From assembly GCA_036172245.1 (NCBI GenBank), contig JAYWIR010000003.1, forward strand, positions 1,116,001-1,180,000: a stretch of 64,000 nt of DNA. Direction: 5' to 3'. The position numbers were made by a program, and so were the translations under genes. Below the pieces are notes generated by a model that had not been told where the DNA came from, ran no database searches, and saw nothing but the letters and a program-made list of their open reading frames with translations. Origin of the DNA: Raillietiella orientalis (Eukaryota). Below are positions 10,391 to 23,400 of the stretch, one piece after another (the first letter of the stretch is position 1; every line of letters begins with the position of its first letter).

Positions 10391-13300
10391 GTGGCCTCGT
10401 CGCTGTCCTCGACCAGGAAGGTTAACATCGCTTCCTGGAACGTAAATGGACTCACCGACCCAGGCAAAAGAAAAAGAATAATGCGGAACATCGCACAACA
10501 ACATGTGGTGTGCCTACAAGAAACCCACCATCTGGGACATCAAAATGTCCTGGAGATGGAACGTCGTTTTGATGGTAAAATGTTCGTCAGCGAGGGACAG
10601 AGAAAGACCATGGGCGTGGCAATCCTCATCAAAAACGAGCTTGCCCACACCATTTTGGAAACCTTCTGTCCCATACCTGGCAGAATAATCGGCGTACGAC
10701 TGTCCTGGTCCAGCAACGTTCACCTCTTCCTGGTAAACGTGTACGGACCACACAAGTTGAAGCATCGGTGCGCGGAAAAACTACACGAAGAACTCCGCAA
10801 AAGAGTAGCACCGAAGGACATAATCATCGTCGCAGGGGACTTGAATATCCTGGACGAGATCAAATATTCCCAGGAAGAGAGGCGTATCGTCGGTTGTCCG
10901 ATGATTTCGGACTCTTGTGGCGAACAGCTAACCACAAACCGATCGATCACGTCCTTCACAGTGCGGAGATCGACAACCGCATACAGGGGTTTCGCGACGT
11001 GCAAACTCTGCTGTCCGATCACCCGCTGGTACGGTTCTCCCTCCGGAAGGAGAATCCTCGGCGAAAGAAGGCCACCAGGGCGGCGCTCATCTGCATGCCC
11101 GCCTGGTTTGAGACGCTTCCCTGTCACCAGGAGGTCATCGAGGCGATTCTGCGTGACTCCACCATCCGCAGAGTAGCCGACTGGGACAGGTTGAAGCATA
11201 AAATCCATTTATTCTGCAATATGCAGTATTTGAGTAAGCGACTGAGGCAGGAAGCGTACCGGGAGCTTAACATCCAAGATCGCTCCCTCTCAAAGTACTA
11301 CGATCAGTACGAGAGTCGGTACGTCTTCCAAAATGTAAAAGGGGAAATCGGCGTGCTGGAGAAGAAGAATCTGGCGACAGACATCTTCTGCATCCAGCAT
11401 GATGGACAAATGAGAGAAACGTCGGAGGATATTCTCGATGCATTTCATCGGCATTATGAGAATCACTTCAGTCGACAACATCTGTCTACGCCGATACAGC
11501 AAGCCTTTCTGGGACACCTCGAGAAGAGAATAGACGACCTCCAACGAAACAGACTGGAGGAGGAGTTTTCCGAAGACGAGGTGAAAGCTGCATTTGACGA
11601 ACTACGCAAGGACGTGGCGGCAGGCCCTGATAGCGTACCAGTTACGCACTACCAGCGGTACCTGCATGCCTACCTGCGCTTGTTCAAACAGCTCATCCTC
11701 TGCATCCGCGAAGAAGGCAAACTACCGGAGTCCTCCTACGAGAGCAGGATGAGATTGTTGCCGAAAGGAGGCGACCTCACGCAGGTAGCTCAATGGAGGC
11801 CAATCTCCGTCCTGAACTCCGACGCCAAGTGGCTGGCGAAGATCTGGTCCAACCGCTTAGGCAGGGTCATGCCGAAGCTGATCTCCCCAGTCCAAACATG
11901 TGCGGTCCCTGGCCGTCGCATGTCGGACAATGTCAAGTGTGCCCAGGCCATCGTGGGACTCAGTCGATACGTCGGCGAGAACCTGGTGCTGGTGTTCACT
12001 GACATGGAGAAGGCGTTCGACTCCATCGACCATAGGATGCTGCTGAAGATTCTGGATAAGCTGGGCCTTCCAGAATACTTCAGCGACTTCGTGAAGATGG
12101 CACTCAAGAACCAGTATTGCCGCATCAAAATCAACGGCGAGGAGACGGCAGCAATCAGGATGGAACGGGGAGTCCGGCAGGGCGACTCAATAAGTCCGAT
12201 GCTGTTCGTCATCTACATGGAGGCGTTGTCTTCCTTTATCGAGTAGAGCGGACGCCTCCAAGGAATAACGATCGATGGCCAACGCCTCACCCATCTGGCA
12301 TACGCTGATGACCTCCTCTTTTACATTAAAGGAGAAAGAAATCAACGAGCGTTTCTGGATGTGATGGAGATAATGGAAGAAGGACTGGGCCTTAAGATCA
12401 ACGCCCAGAAGAGTCAGCTCCTACCCGTTGGGATACTAGACCTCTCCGCTCTTACGGGGAGAGGATTCCGAACGGTGGATACGGCCAAGTATCTGGGAGT
12501 CTACATTAGCGAAGACTCCGCGTCGAAGCTACTGTGAACAACAATCCTGGAGAAAACGGCCAAGGAAGCAGCGAAGTACACCCGAACGGACCTTGGGATG
12601 AAGCGAAAGGCCAACCTATGGAATGGAGTACTCCTTCCAAAGGTGCTCTTCGGAGCGGCCTTCGCTAGAATGAACAAGGATACGACGAGGGAGTTCGAGA
12701 AGCTGCAAAGAAAAACACGGTGAGGCCACTACCGCCCAAGAGTTCGTCTAAAACCCCTGTGTCGTCCCAGGGAAGAAGGAGGTTCCGGGATGAAGTCGCT
12801 TGCACATTCCATGGAAATCATGGATTCGCGACACATCCTGGACATCGCTATCCACTAGGATGACTAACCATATGCGGCACACAGGGCCTACGCGTTGTTG
12901 CTAAACAACTCAAAAGGCCTGATGACTGCGCTGCTAGGCCGAGCAGGGGAATGGATTAACATCGACCCGACCTGGAGGAGAAAGCAACGGCTGGTGCGCA
13001 AGCACAAGATGAAGATCGTGCCGAGAAGCAGGGAACTCTGGCAGGAGGAATCCATCCTGGTGATCCCCTGGATGCTTCCGGTCCCTCCGGACACGAGAAG
13101 CTGGATCTACCAGCGGCCCAGAGTTACCCTGCAACGAATCCAGGAGTGGAGAAGAGGAGGCTACCTACATCATACGCGTGTACTTTGGTACATAGATATG
13201 ATGCTAGGAAGGTTTACCCACCTGACCCGCGAAGTGTGGATTAACCACAACGACTTCGCGTGGTCAAGGGTGACCAAAATGAACCTCCGGAAATTAATTA

Positions 13301-13899
13301 AAGAAGAGGACCGTGATACCAGTGCCCTCCAAGAAGCCGCCGATCGCTACGGGAGTGACCGGATCAACCTGTTGGCGATCGGCACAACGCTCTGGAGGAG
13401 TGACCTTCCGCCGGACACCCAGGACAACCTCCTGATGTTTTATCACGGAGGAATCCTGACGGGGTCCAGACTACAGCACTTCACTAGAAGAAGGGAAGAC
13501 CCAGACTGCACGGCATGTGGTGCCACCGACACAAGACTTCACATCTTGACGTCTCCCACGTTGCTGCACGACTGGCTGATCCTGAAAAGGATCATCGGAC
13601 GGACAAACAGCTCCGTAATGGAGATCCTCGCCGGGATGTTTCAGGGGGATGGTAATGTTCCCTGTTACAATCCCATGGTGAGGACGACCATCGCCCTCTT
13701 CATCACCGCCATACTTGTGCGATGGTGGAAGCTGAGGAAAGCCAGGAGAGCCGCACCTCCTATGGAGATCCTCCAAGGACTCCTGAAGAAGGAAATCAGC
13801 ATCAGGAATTGTGGAAGCATCCAAGCCTGGACGTACCGATTCATCCTGAAGAGGATCGAGGACGACGCCCGGGAGCAATCATCTGGAACTCCACCCTGA
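10391..13899 (+). pseudogene. Retrotransposon ORF2 (APE endonuclease-reverse transcriptase), disrupted
   Basis: IASWNVNGL, CLQETH, GVAIL, NVYGP, AGDLN, IDHVL, SDH; WRPISVLNSD, DMEKAFDSIDH, GVRQGDSISPMLF, AYADDL, KYLGV. GTG start, one frameshift near 10860-10900, in-frame stops at 12244, 12535, 12721, 12856 and 12865. Confidence 0.95.
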
Positions 13900-14045
13900 G
13901 AAGCAGAACTTGAGTGAACCCCCAAGGACTTCAAAGTGAACAGTGGTACTATAGTGTGTGAATGAGATTGTGTGCATGAAAATTGTAGTGTGAATGAAAA
14001 AATTGAAAAATAAATTTACCCCACCCCTTGTGGGACTTGGGAAAA

Positions 14046-14240
14046 ATCGACGTAAGCGGACACGGCAGGCGTGCCGTGGCAGAGTTCGGCAGGGTGGCCA
14101 AAGTTGCCCTGTACGCTCTCAGCACCAACTCGAAGTGGGTACTAAAAAGCAGGGACTCGGGATATCGCCCTGCCTCATCCTGCGGCACACCAGCACGCCG
14201 AACACGTGTAGTCCCCTAAAAAAGAGCTTCCCCAAAGGCT
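14046..14240 (-). mobile_element. Upstream continuation of the family-B RT interrupted by the 8315-14045 element (includes the right TSD copy, 14046-14061)
   Basis: Minus strand reads ..LLFSTHFELVLRAYRATLATLPNS..PAVSAYVD, matching the uninterrupted copy at 5370-5560. Confidence 0.88.
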
Positions 14241-15589
14241 AGCAACGCAGCAACGCGAGGTGGAGCGCAGTGCTGCGAGTATCCTCGCATCCCACGCGGA
14301 ACTTTGCGTGGGCGGTCAGCGCTGGTGCGACGATCCGATGCATCAAGGAATAGCAAACCCAGATAATTGATAGATCGACTTTTAAGGAGATGTTGACGTC
14401 TCGCGAACAGCTGCCTCTGCGCAGCTGCTCCTCCTTCCCGCTGCCTGGTCCCCGGCACGTCGGTCGCCCGCCGCTCTCTTCGCTGCTGCGTGCGTCGCCC
14501 GGGCACATGGCGCGCCACTGGTTCCAGATGGAGACGTCGGGGACGCGCATCTCAACCTCGAAGCATTTTTCCTCCAGGTCCCGTGGATCGCACGCAAAGC
14601 GCCGGCCGGGGGCCGCTGCAACGCAGACGAGTCTCCATCCCACGTCGAACTGTCGCGCCTTCAGGCATGCTCACCTCGGACGCGTTCCCCCCCGGAAAGG
14701 GCCGTCCATCCATCCCCTCCGTGCATCTGCAACCATCCTTCCGCGGTTGTCGCACAAACCGAGCCCTCGGCTGCGCCGCCAGCTGCTCAGCACGGCACCA
14801 CGCGAGCTGCATCTACCGGCGTCGGTGGACGACGCGAAAGCCGACGCCGCCTGCACCACCATCCAGCTGCGAGCCTGCGGGTGAGCGGAGCAGCGCGCGC
14901 CGGTCGGCGACCTGGAGCCCGACGTACGAGCTCGCCAGCGGCGTGGTTTAAGCCGGCGACTTCCTCTTGCCGGTTGTCTCGCGCTGCTGCTTCCCACCTT
15001 CCTCCACCGCACTCGTCGCACGCGTCGGACGCGTGCGACGAGACGCGTGTCCACCTGAAGGCCGCATGCCCGGCGGCCTTCAAGTGCGCATGATATACGG
15101 CGACGTCGTGTCGTGTTCGGGACTCTCGGCGTCCCGGCAGGCAGACAACCTTCGATTTTCCGTACCCTCTATCTGGGAACTTTCTTCCGGGATAGTTCAG
15201 AAAGAAACGCCTCAGCGCAATGACGAGTTACAAGCAGCGGCACGCACGACTGGTTACGTCCATTTCCTGGAACGGAAGATGATGCTGAATTAGGTTGCTC
15301 GCGAGTAGAGTGGTGCCTTCGGGCTTAGGATAACCCCTGCTTCCAAGCACCTCCTTGGTTTCTTGTAATCTGTTGCCCGGTTGCGTACGTAGTTGTCCTT
15401 CTTTCTAGCTTGCATCTTCTTTGTGCCTAACGGGCCTGCCGTCTCCGCCCAGCGAAGCGTGTTGGCACGTGTTAATCTGCGTAGGAAGGTCCGCGCGCCT
15501 TCCATATGGGCGCGGCAGTGACCGTCACGCGAGCCGCATCGCCCGATTTGTGTGCTCACAACGGTTCGCGTTGCTTCCGTCTTTCGAAA

Positions 15590-16250
15590 TTCATTTTCGG
15601 AGCGCCCTCCTCTCCCTTATGCAGGAGTTTCGGTACTGATTCTTGCATTCTGGTATTCTTTGTACTTGCGCCTCCCAATTTTCCGTCCCTCTCAGTCTTT
15701 CCCAATTGCCGCTTTCTTTCCGCGTGTTTGCACGTCTTCGTACGCGAAGTTTCCCTGCTTTCTGCAGCTTCAGAAGAGAACCGTTTTCCACCCAAACTTT
15801 TGATTTCTTCTCCGAATCGATGAGGCTTCTCGATATTTGAGTATTTGGTGGTGTCCGCCTAGTATTGAAGTGTTTCGGAGACTTTGGTGGCAGCTGATTT
15901 CTCCTTTTCGTGTTCCCATTCCCTTGCAACCCTTTCGCTCTGTTTATCTCTGTGAAAGAACGCAGTTTCTTGCGTACTTCGACGGTCTTCCAAGCTTTCA
16001 CTTCGCCCTTTATGCGACCGAGGTGGATCTCGACAGCACCGGCGAGCGGCACGAACGCCTTCCTCGTGAATCGACGATGCTTTCTTATGGCTTCCGTATG
16101 CAAATCGCTTCCCATGGACATCAAAGAAGAAGCGGGTACTGCACATTTCTATATCTGATGGCAGTCGCGAAGAAGGGTAGATGCATGCTTGAAAGGAAAG
16201 CATGGGGTCAGGTCGGGATCATTCTTTGTTGGGATTGCCGAGACCCTTTC
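15590..16250 (-). pseudogene. Possible degenerate ORF1 (gag-like) relic of a related element
   Basis: LPSDIEMCSTRFFFDVHGK...AARRCCR followed by a K/E/R-rich stretch resembles the post-RRM, knuckle and charged order of ORF1 at 8593-10380, but the Cys/His residues are eroded. By-eye only. Confidence 0.3.
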
Positions 16251-17415
16251 AATCGGTAGAACTCGCTTTCTGAAATTCCCACCTGTCGTCGTGCCTTCGA
16301 ATTTCCTGAGGAGCCTTCATGCTCTTCGTTCCTCTGGCGGTCTTCGTTTGCAGTTCGAGTCCCGCGACCTGCTGGAGGAGACAAAAAGGCCATCACAGGA
16401 TTCCGGTTTGATGGGGGATTTTTCCCTCGCATCGGATCAACACGCATGTTTCGAACGATCGACCCCTTTCGGGTGGTGTGCTCTTTGTCCGGTTTCCGGA
16501 AGCTTGCGGTTCGGGGCACCTGACTTTTATTTGTCAATTATAGGCTTGATACCGGAAACCAGCTTTTTATCGCTCGACTTTACACGGTGTGTTGAAAAAT
16601 GCAGTGGGTAAGATTAATGGATATTTTCCCAACCATTGAGGTTTCTCGTACGGTTTCGACTTGCCCGGGACATCACCGGAACAAGCACTTTGACGTGTGT
16701 TTTCAGTTGGCTCTTGCCTCGTTGCTGACTTCGCTGTTTTGTTTCGGCAGGAATAAAACTCTGTCAAATATGTTGTTGATTTCTTGTTTCTCTTTCTTTG
16801 GCGGCGCACATGCCCTTGACTGTGCACATTCGTGAATCCATTCATTATGCTATCTCTGGCGACAGTCAATCCGATCTGTTTGTCACTTTTCTCGAAACTC
16901 CGTCGGTATCCACGCACGGCCGCGCGAAGGATGCGCGAGATGTGGCTGAGGACTCCGTGCGCGATGCCAACCGCTGCATGCTCTCATCCCCAGGTGGAGG
17001 ATCCACGCCGACAGAATGGGATGGTTCATGAGTTTCCGGTCCTCCATGGGCCATGGCACCGATGGCGAGCGCACGATCTTCGGTTGCGGCATCGGTGGAA
17101 GCTGGAAACCGGATGCTTCCGTCGAGTGGTCGGGATGAGAACTCGGGACCCCAGAGTCCCTCCAGGAATCGAAGAGTTGGTTGTTCTCCAGGAATTATCC
17201 TCCGGTTTTTTAAGGGAAGGCGTCTCCCCGCTAAGGGACACCCTCGTCCGCGTGCCATCGAGCCCGTTGATGCCTCTGCAGAGTGTCACAAGGGCGCTAC
17301 TCCTTTCCATGAGGGGAACGCTCTCAAGAGAAATTCAGGCCAAGGAATGACGCCATCGTAGTCCTACTGCGAATCGCAGCCACCGCGTCCATGAGCAACA
17401 GGGCAGGAGGAGAGC

Positions 17416-20400
17416 GAAAGCCTCGACGAGCCTTTTACAACCGGTGAAATCATCACCGCGATAAAAAGGCTCAAGAGGCGGAAGGCACCAGGAGAGGACG
17501 GCCTTCCCGCGGAGTTTTTTCAAAGTTTCGCGGCAGAGGCGACGCCCTTGGTGCTTAGGTTGACACAGCTGATCCGGGAAGGCAATGTTCCCGCCTCGTT
17601 CCGGTCAGCTAGGATGAGGCTCCTTCCTGAGGGAGGAGACCTCCGTAAGCTAACCAACTGGCGTCCGATCACTGTCGTGAATACGGACGTCAAGTTGGTG
17701 GCGAAACTGTGGGCTGCGCGGCACGGACAGATAGCCGAATCCGTAATTAGCCCGGAGCAGACATACGCTGTTCCCGGGCGAAGTATGGAGGCTAACCTGT
17801 TCTTCGCCAGTACATGGTTTCATGTGCAATGCGAAGTTAAAGAGCGGAAGGGAACTGTCGGAAACCCAAATTTGGAGGAGACCCCTGGTCAGGGTGGGGA
17901 CAGCCGGGTGGGCAAGGGTGCCCTAGCGATCGCATTCGATCTCCATAAGGCGGTCGACTGCGTGGACCAGGGGCTTCTTCTGGAGCTTCTGCATTGAATG
18001 GGCTTCCCACCTTCCTTAATGGCGTACCTGCGCTCCTGCTGGCGCGCCGCGCTGACTAACATCTCTTTCAGAGGGCAAAACGTGTACGGCGTGCCGGTGC
18101 GCCGCGGGATACGGCAGGGTGATAGCCTCAGTCCCCTGCTATTTAGCACCTACTTCGAGTTGGTGCTGAGAGCATACAGGATGACTTTGGCTGCCTTGCC
18201 AAGCTCGTGCCCCGGCACGCCTGCCGTGTCCGCATATGCCGACGATCTTCTGTTCCTGCTCCCCATGTCCGCCCCGGCAACGGCAGTCGAATGTTTCTTC
18301 GATCTGCTAAGCCGTGGGACGCGGCTGCGGGTTAACAGGGTAAAATCGTCGGTGGTGGCAGTTGGAGAGACGTGGGTAGGACGGCCTCATTGAATCCGCT
18401 TTGGGATCCCACCAGGCGGGTATTTGAAGTGCCTTGGCGTTCCGCTAGGCGACTTCAGCCCGTCACAAGCCTGGTCAGGCCGTCTCCAGAAAGTGGAGTT
18501 GGCGATCGGCCCGTTCCTGGAAGGCAAGTTCCACTCGACGGAACGGGCTGCGGTATGGAACGCGTTTGCGGCCCCCATCCTCCGCCCCTTTTCGTTTGCC
18601 CCTTCCCCGTGGAAATTAAGAAGAGGACGAGAGGACCTCCTCCGCATCGCCCTTTGGGGCAAGGGGAGGCCCCGAATCCCTTTGATGGACTTGAGCGCTC
18701 CGCGTCGAGATGGTGGTCTAGGCCTCCTGACGCTGGAGCGCATGGAAATTCCGCTGCGATGGCGAACCTTGGCCATCGCAGCGAAGTTGTGGAGCACCCC
18801 TTGGTGCGTTCCGGCCCGCCTTCTTGCCAGCCGTGTCTCCAGGACGCAAGGACTAGCGTCCTATCTTCTGTGCTCCGGCCGGAAGATACGAAGATGCGGC
18901 CTGCTCCTCGGACGAGTAGCCACCCTGGCAAGGGAGAATGCGTGGCTGATCTGCAGTCCCGTCAACTCCAGCGCATGACTGGAAGAAACGGTTGGCACGT
19001 AAGCGGTAGTTAATCAGAGGAGCCACGAGAGGTGGAATAGCCTGCGACGCGCCCGATACGTCCGCTGCACTCTTCGCGAGATCCTGGAGTGTCCAGCCAG
19101 GAGCACGTGGGCAGAGACGACCTGCGTAGCGACGGTGCTGCCCTTCCTACGGAGGGCCCTCGTCAGCAGCCGGACGCCGAGGTGGCAAGTCTCTTGCCGT
19201 ATCGCAGGCAGAGAAAAGCTAATGAGCGGTTGGACCATGAGACAGCTGGCGGACGCCACGACCCAGAGCGTCCTTCCGCAAGGATTGAAAAACTGGGGCG
19301 AGCTGCTCGGCATCCGGTCGGATGACCTGAAGTGGCCCCCGGTACTAATTGGATCCAGGATTCTTCCCCTGAAGTGGCAAGAGTCGTCGCTTCTGTGGGG
19401 GCATTGGGGTCTACCCTGCAACGCGCGCCGCTTCCACTGGACGCGGGGAAGAGTAAATCCTACGTGTGCCAGGTGTGGGGAGCGGGAGTCCCTCCCCCCA
19501 CCTCCTTGTTGACTGCCCTGCCCTCCGGATTCTTTGGGATCGTCTTGGAACGGCCCTCGGGATACCGGATGATGGCAACCCCAGAGGCGTTTACAGTCTT
19601 CCCTTCGTGCGGGACGCCCTCAGTCCAGCCGCACCCGTGGCAGCATTCTGCTGCATCCGAGACCTCGTGGCGGGTTGGAGTGGATCTGACGAAGCAGAAG
19701 ATGGAAACGGAAGGGATGTCATGGAGTATGCAGCTCGCTTTCTGCGAATAGCAACCCGTTGGCCCCACCTGGGAAATCTGCAGAAGGACCTCGTCGGCAT
19801 CCTGCAAAGGATGGAACCTCCACGCAGCGGACCGTGAACCCTTCCCTGCCCTCCAAAGGACAATTGTTTTTTTTTTTTTTTTTTTTTTATTTTTATTTTG
19901 TTTTTTTCCCCAACCCCTTCCGCTGACGGGGCGTGTCAAGTCGGTCTGTGCACCGACCACCCGGCAGCTCTCTAGTGCTATTGGCGGCAGCGGGGCCTTG
20001 TACCGCAAATATCAAAGGTTTTTTAATAAACGCCCCGGCCTGACCGGCTGAAAACGTCAATGCGCACGTAGGCCGTTTTCCTCTGCTCCGTTTGACCGCT
20101 GAATCTTGGCACCGTTCCTCTCCATCCTTGGATACCACAAAACCGGAAGGCAAGTTTCCCAAGGATCCAGGCTATGATCCCTCAGATGCGGTTACCCACT
20201 CATCACTTCCCAAGTGTCCTACCACGCGTGGAACCCACATGCGGCTGCTGCTAAACCTTGAAGATCTCGATCTCCTTCCCAGTGCGTTCGTGGCCACCAC
20301 ATTCACACCTTCCACCATCCATTCACCTTATCCAACCGTCCATGCCACCGATAGGCCTTCGCTTCTGCCATCCATCCTTTCAGGTGTTCCTCTCGAACTT

Positions 20401-23400
20401 CGCGTCGGGACGGCACTCGGCACGCAAAGTAGCGCGTGGGACGGGCTCGGCGTCCCGCGCTTCCCGAAATCGTGCGACAACTTTCCTCCCGGTTACTGCT
20501 TGGAGGCGCACTGCTTACTAGTCAACGAAACGAGGATGTTAAGGAGGTCACGTCCCGAAGTCTGCAGCCGCAGGTCACCGCCACGAACAGGCTCACGAAT
20601 GCTCAGCGCTGATGACCCTCCTGCTTCACCTTCCCGCGTTATACATGACCGGGTGCGTCCGTCGCATGCGCGTGGCATCCGAAGTCACGTGGCGGATGGC
20701 AGGACCGCGCTGCACCACACGCGCTCGCTCTTCGGCTAATCGCACGAGTCGCATTCGCGATGCTCTTGAGACGTGCTCTGCGCGCTCAACTGTCGAGGGA
20801 GTCGACGCCACTTCGCAAGGCGGTCGAGCTGTCCCATGGCGTCTTCGGGTGGCAACAGCGCTTTTCACATCGCCAGAGCCATCGTCTTCTCGTACAGGCT
20901 GCGCGTCTGGCTGCGCTGCCGCGCCCTCTCCCAGCTTCTACGTCCGCCATCACGCGGACCATCCCGGCGGCAGGGACGCTGACGGTGTCCTAGACAGGCA
21001 AGCAGCGTGGCAACGCGAGGTGAAGGGAAGCGCGGCGCGCATCCTCGCGTCCCACGCGGAACTTTGCATGGGCGGTCAGCGCTGCTGCGATGATCCGATG
21101 CATCCAGGAATATCAAACTCAGATAATTGATAGATCCACTTTTAAGGAGATGTTGACGTTTCGCGAAAAGCTGCCTCTGCGCAGCTGCTCCTCCTTCCCG
21201 CTGCCTGGTCCCCGGCACGTCGGTCGCTCGCCGCTCTCTTCGCTGCTGCGTGCGTCGCCCGGGCACACGGCGCGCCACTGGTTCCAGATGGCGACGTCGG
21301 AAACGCGCATCTCAACCTCGAAGCATTTTTCCTCCCGGTCCCGTGGATCGCACGCAAAGCGCCGGCCGGGGGCCACTGCAACGCAGACGAGTCTCCATCC
21401 CACGTCGAACTGTCGCGCCTTCAGGCATGCTCACCTCGGACGCGGTCCCCCCCGGAAAGGGCCGTCCATCCATCCCCTCCGTGCATCTGCAACCATCCTT
21501 CCGCGGTTGTCGCACAAACCGAGCCCTCGGCTGCGCCGCCAGCTGCTCAGCACGGCACCACGCGAGCTGCATCTACCGGCGTCGGTGGACGACGCGAAAG
21601 CCGACGCCGCCTGCACCACCATCCAGCTGCGAGCCTGCGGGTGAGCGGAGCAGCGCGCGCCGGTCGGCGACCTGGAGCCCGACGTTCGAGCTCGCCAGCG
21701 GCTTAAGTGGTTTAAGCCGGCGGCTTCCTCTTGCCGGTTGTCTCGCGCTACTGCTTCCCACCTTCCTCCACCGCACTCGTCGCCCGCTCCTGCTCACGGT
21801 CGTCAGGGTAGGGAACTGGGGTCTTGGAAGTCGCAGTTGATTTGCGTAAAGCCTTCGACAGAGTCGACCGGGCGCTTCCCCGGAGACATCCGGAAGGCAT
21901 GGGCTGTACAACCTTTCAAGGGCTTATCTGCGACGCTCAACTTGCTTCTGAGAGCTCATGGGTCTGTCCTTCGTAGTTGAGGACGTGGAAAGCGCGCAAC
22001 CGAGGTACGGCGTGCTACAGAGTGACAGTCAGAGCCCCCTCCTCTCGAATATCTGTTTCCAGTAGATGCAGAGGGCATGCAGGCAGACTCTGCCTTCTTT
22101 GAAGAGTTCGTACTTCGCTACGCCCGCGATATACGCTGCTAAACGCGGGTCCAATGCAGCGTCAGCTCCCGCAGCGTCCCTCGGGCTTAGAAAACGCGAA
22201 ACGTTCCTCAAGCGAAACGGAGAAATGAGGTCTGTGGTTGGTGTGGGTCTGGCGTGGGCTCGGCGACGAAAACGGATTTCTAGGGGTGCGTGTCTGAAAT
22301 TCCTCGGCGCCTCGTCTCAGGAATTCCCTTCACCGAAAGTGGGGTCCAACCGCCTTCAGAAGAGCGAGCTCGCGCACCATCTGTTGCAACAGGGCGAGCT
22401 TCCATTTCTGGAACGGCCCACGGTGCGAGTGCTCCACTCCCTGCGTCTTGTTTGTGCTACCGCCCCCGGCGAAGTTGACAAGCAGACCGACGACCACCTC
22501 CGCAAAGCCTTTTCGAGCACGGCGAGGTGCCGATTCCGCCAGAAGGACTTGAGTGCTCCTGCCTTGGGAGCGAACGATCCGACGACTTTGACGGACGGCA
22601 TTGGCCAGGTGGACGCATGCTAATCGCGAAGGACGCTCGTTCTTGCCGAGGCGGCGCCGAAGCCAAGTCCGGAGGCGCACAGTCATCCTACGGCGACTCA
22701 CTCATCTGACAAGGGGAGGCGGTGGGATTCCTTAGCACCCCGCGAACGGTATCCAAACGGAGGCCGAGTGCCCCTCTTACACGACTCTCGTCGTCGAGTG
22801 AGCTGCTCGAAATACCCCTGCAGGGTCTCGATTGGCCCCCACTGCTCCGGAACACCCACACTTCCTTACTGAACTGCTGGAGTCCGCGATACTGTATTTG
22901 CACTGGTGTCTCTCGTGCGGCGCTTCTCGTCATCATGGGATCCGAGCTGGAGAGGGGTGTGGACGCGAACTGCAGTAATTTCTGCAGAACGGGAATCTCT
23001 CCCGCAGCTGCTCGCGGATGGTGTTCCCCTTCGGACGTGATGGGAGCGCTCGGACGCGATCCCAGCCACCTGCAGAAGCAACTGTGAAAAGCATTCGGCA
23101 CCCTTGTTCGTACGTGATGTCCTGCCGCCGGCCGCATCCCTGGCAGCTCTGTGCTTCCTGCGAGGGATTGCAGCTGCCTGCAGCGCCGTCGAGACAGGCG
23201 ACGACGACAGCCTTGCTGCGGTCCGCTTTCTCTTGTCGTCATCGAAGAAACCCCATGTGGGAAGCATGAACTTGCCTGCATTCTTGGAAGGACATCCATG
23301 CAGAGGACGTTCCGAAGCAGGCAGCCTTCCTTTGTCGAAGCTTCGACTTGCATTCACTTTCTTTTATTTTCTTCATTTCCTTTTCTTCTTTCTGACCGTT

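Larger units (their letters stand above)
8315..14045 (+). mobile_element. Full-length Tx1/L1-clade non-LTR retrotransposon (family A, ~5.7 kb): ORF1 and ORF2, flanked by a 16-bp TSD
   Basis: ORF1 with three CCHC knuckles. ORF2 with APE endonuclease, RT (YADD at 12301-12312) and C-terminal CxxC..H. 3' end AATAAA (14009-14014), hairpin and short A run. Perfect TSD. Confidence 0.95.

Noticed and set aside
17995..19002. Alternative genetic code (TGA = Trp) to explain in-frame stops in RT
   Set aside because: Homologous Trp positions also appear as TAG and TAA, frameshifts co-occur, and host genes in the window use TGA as a normal stop.
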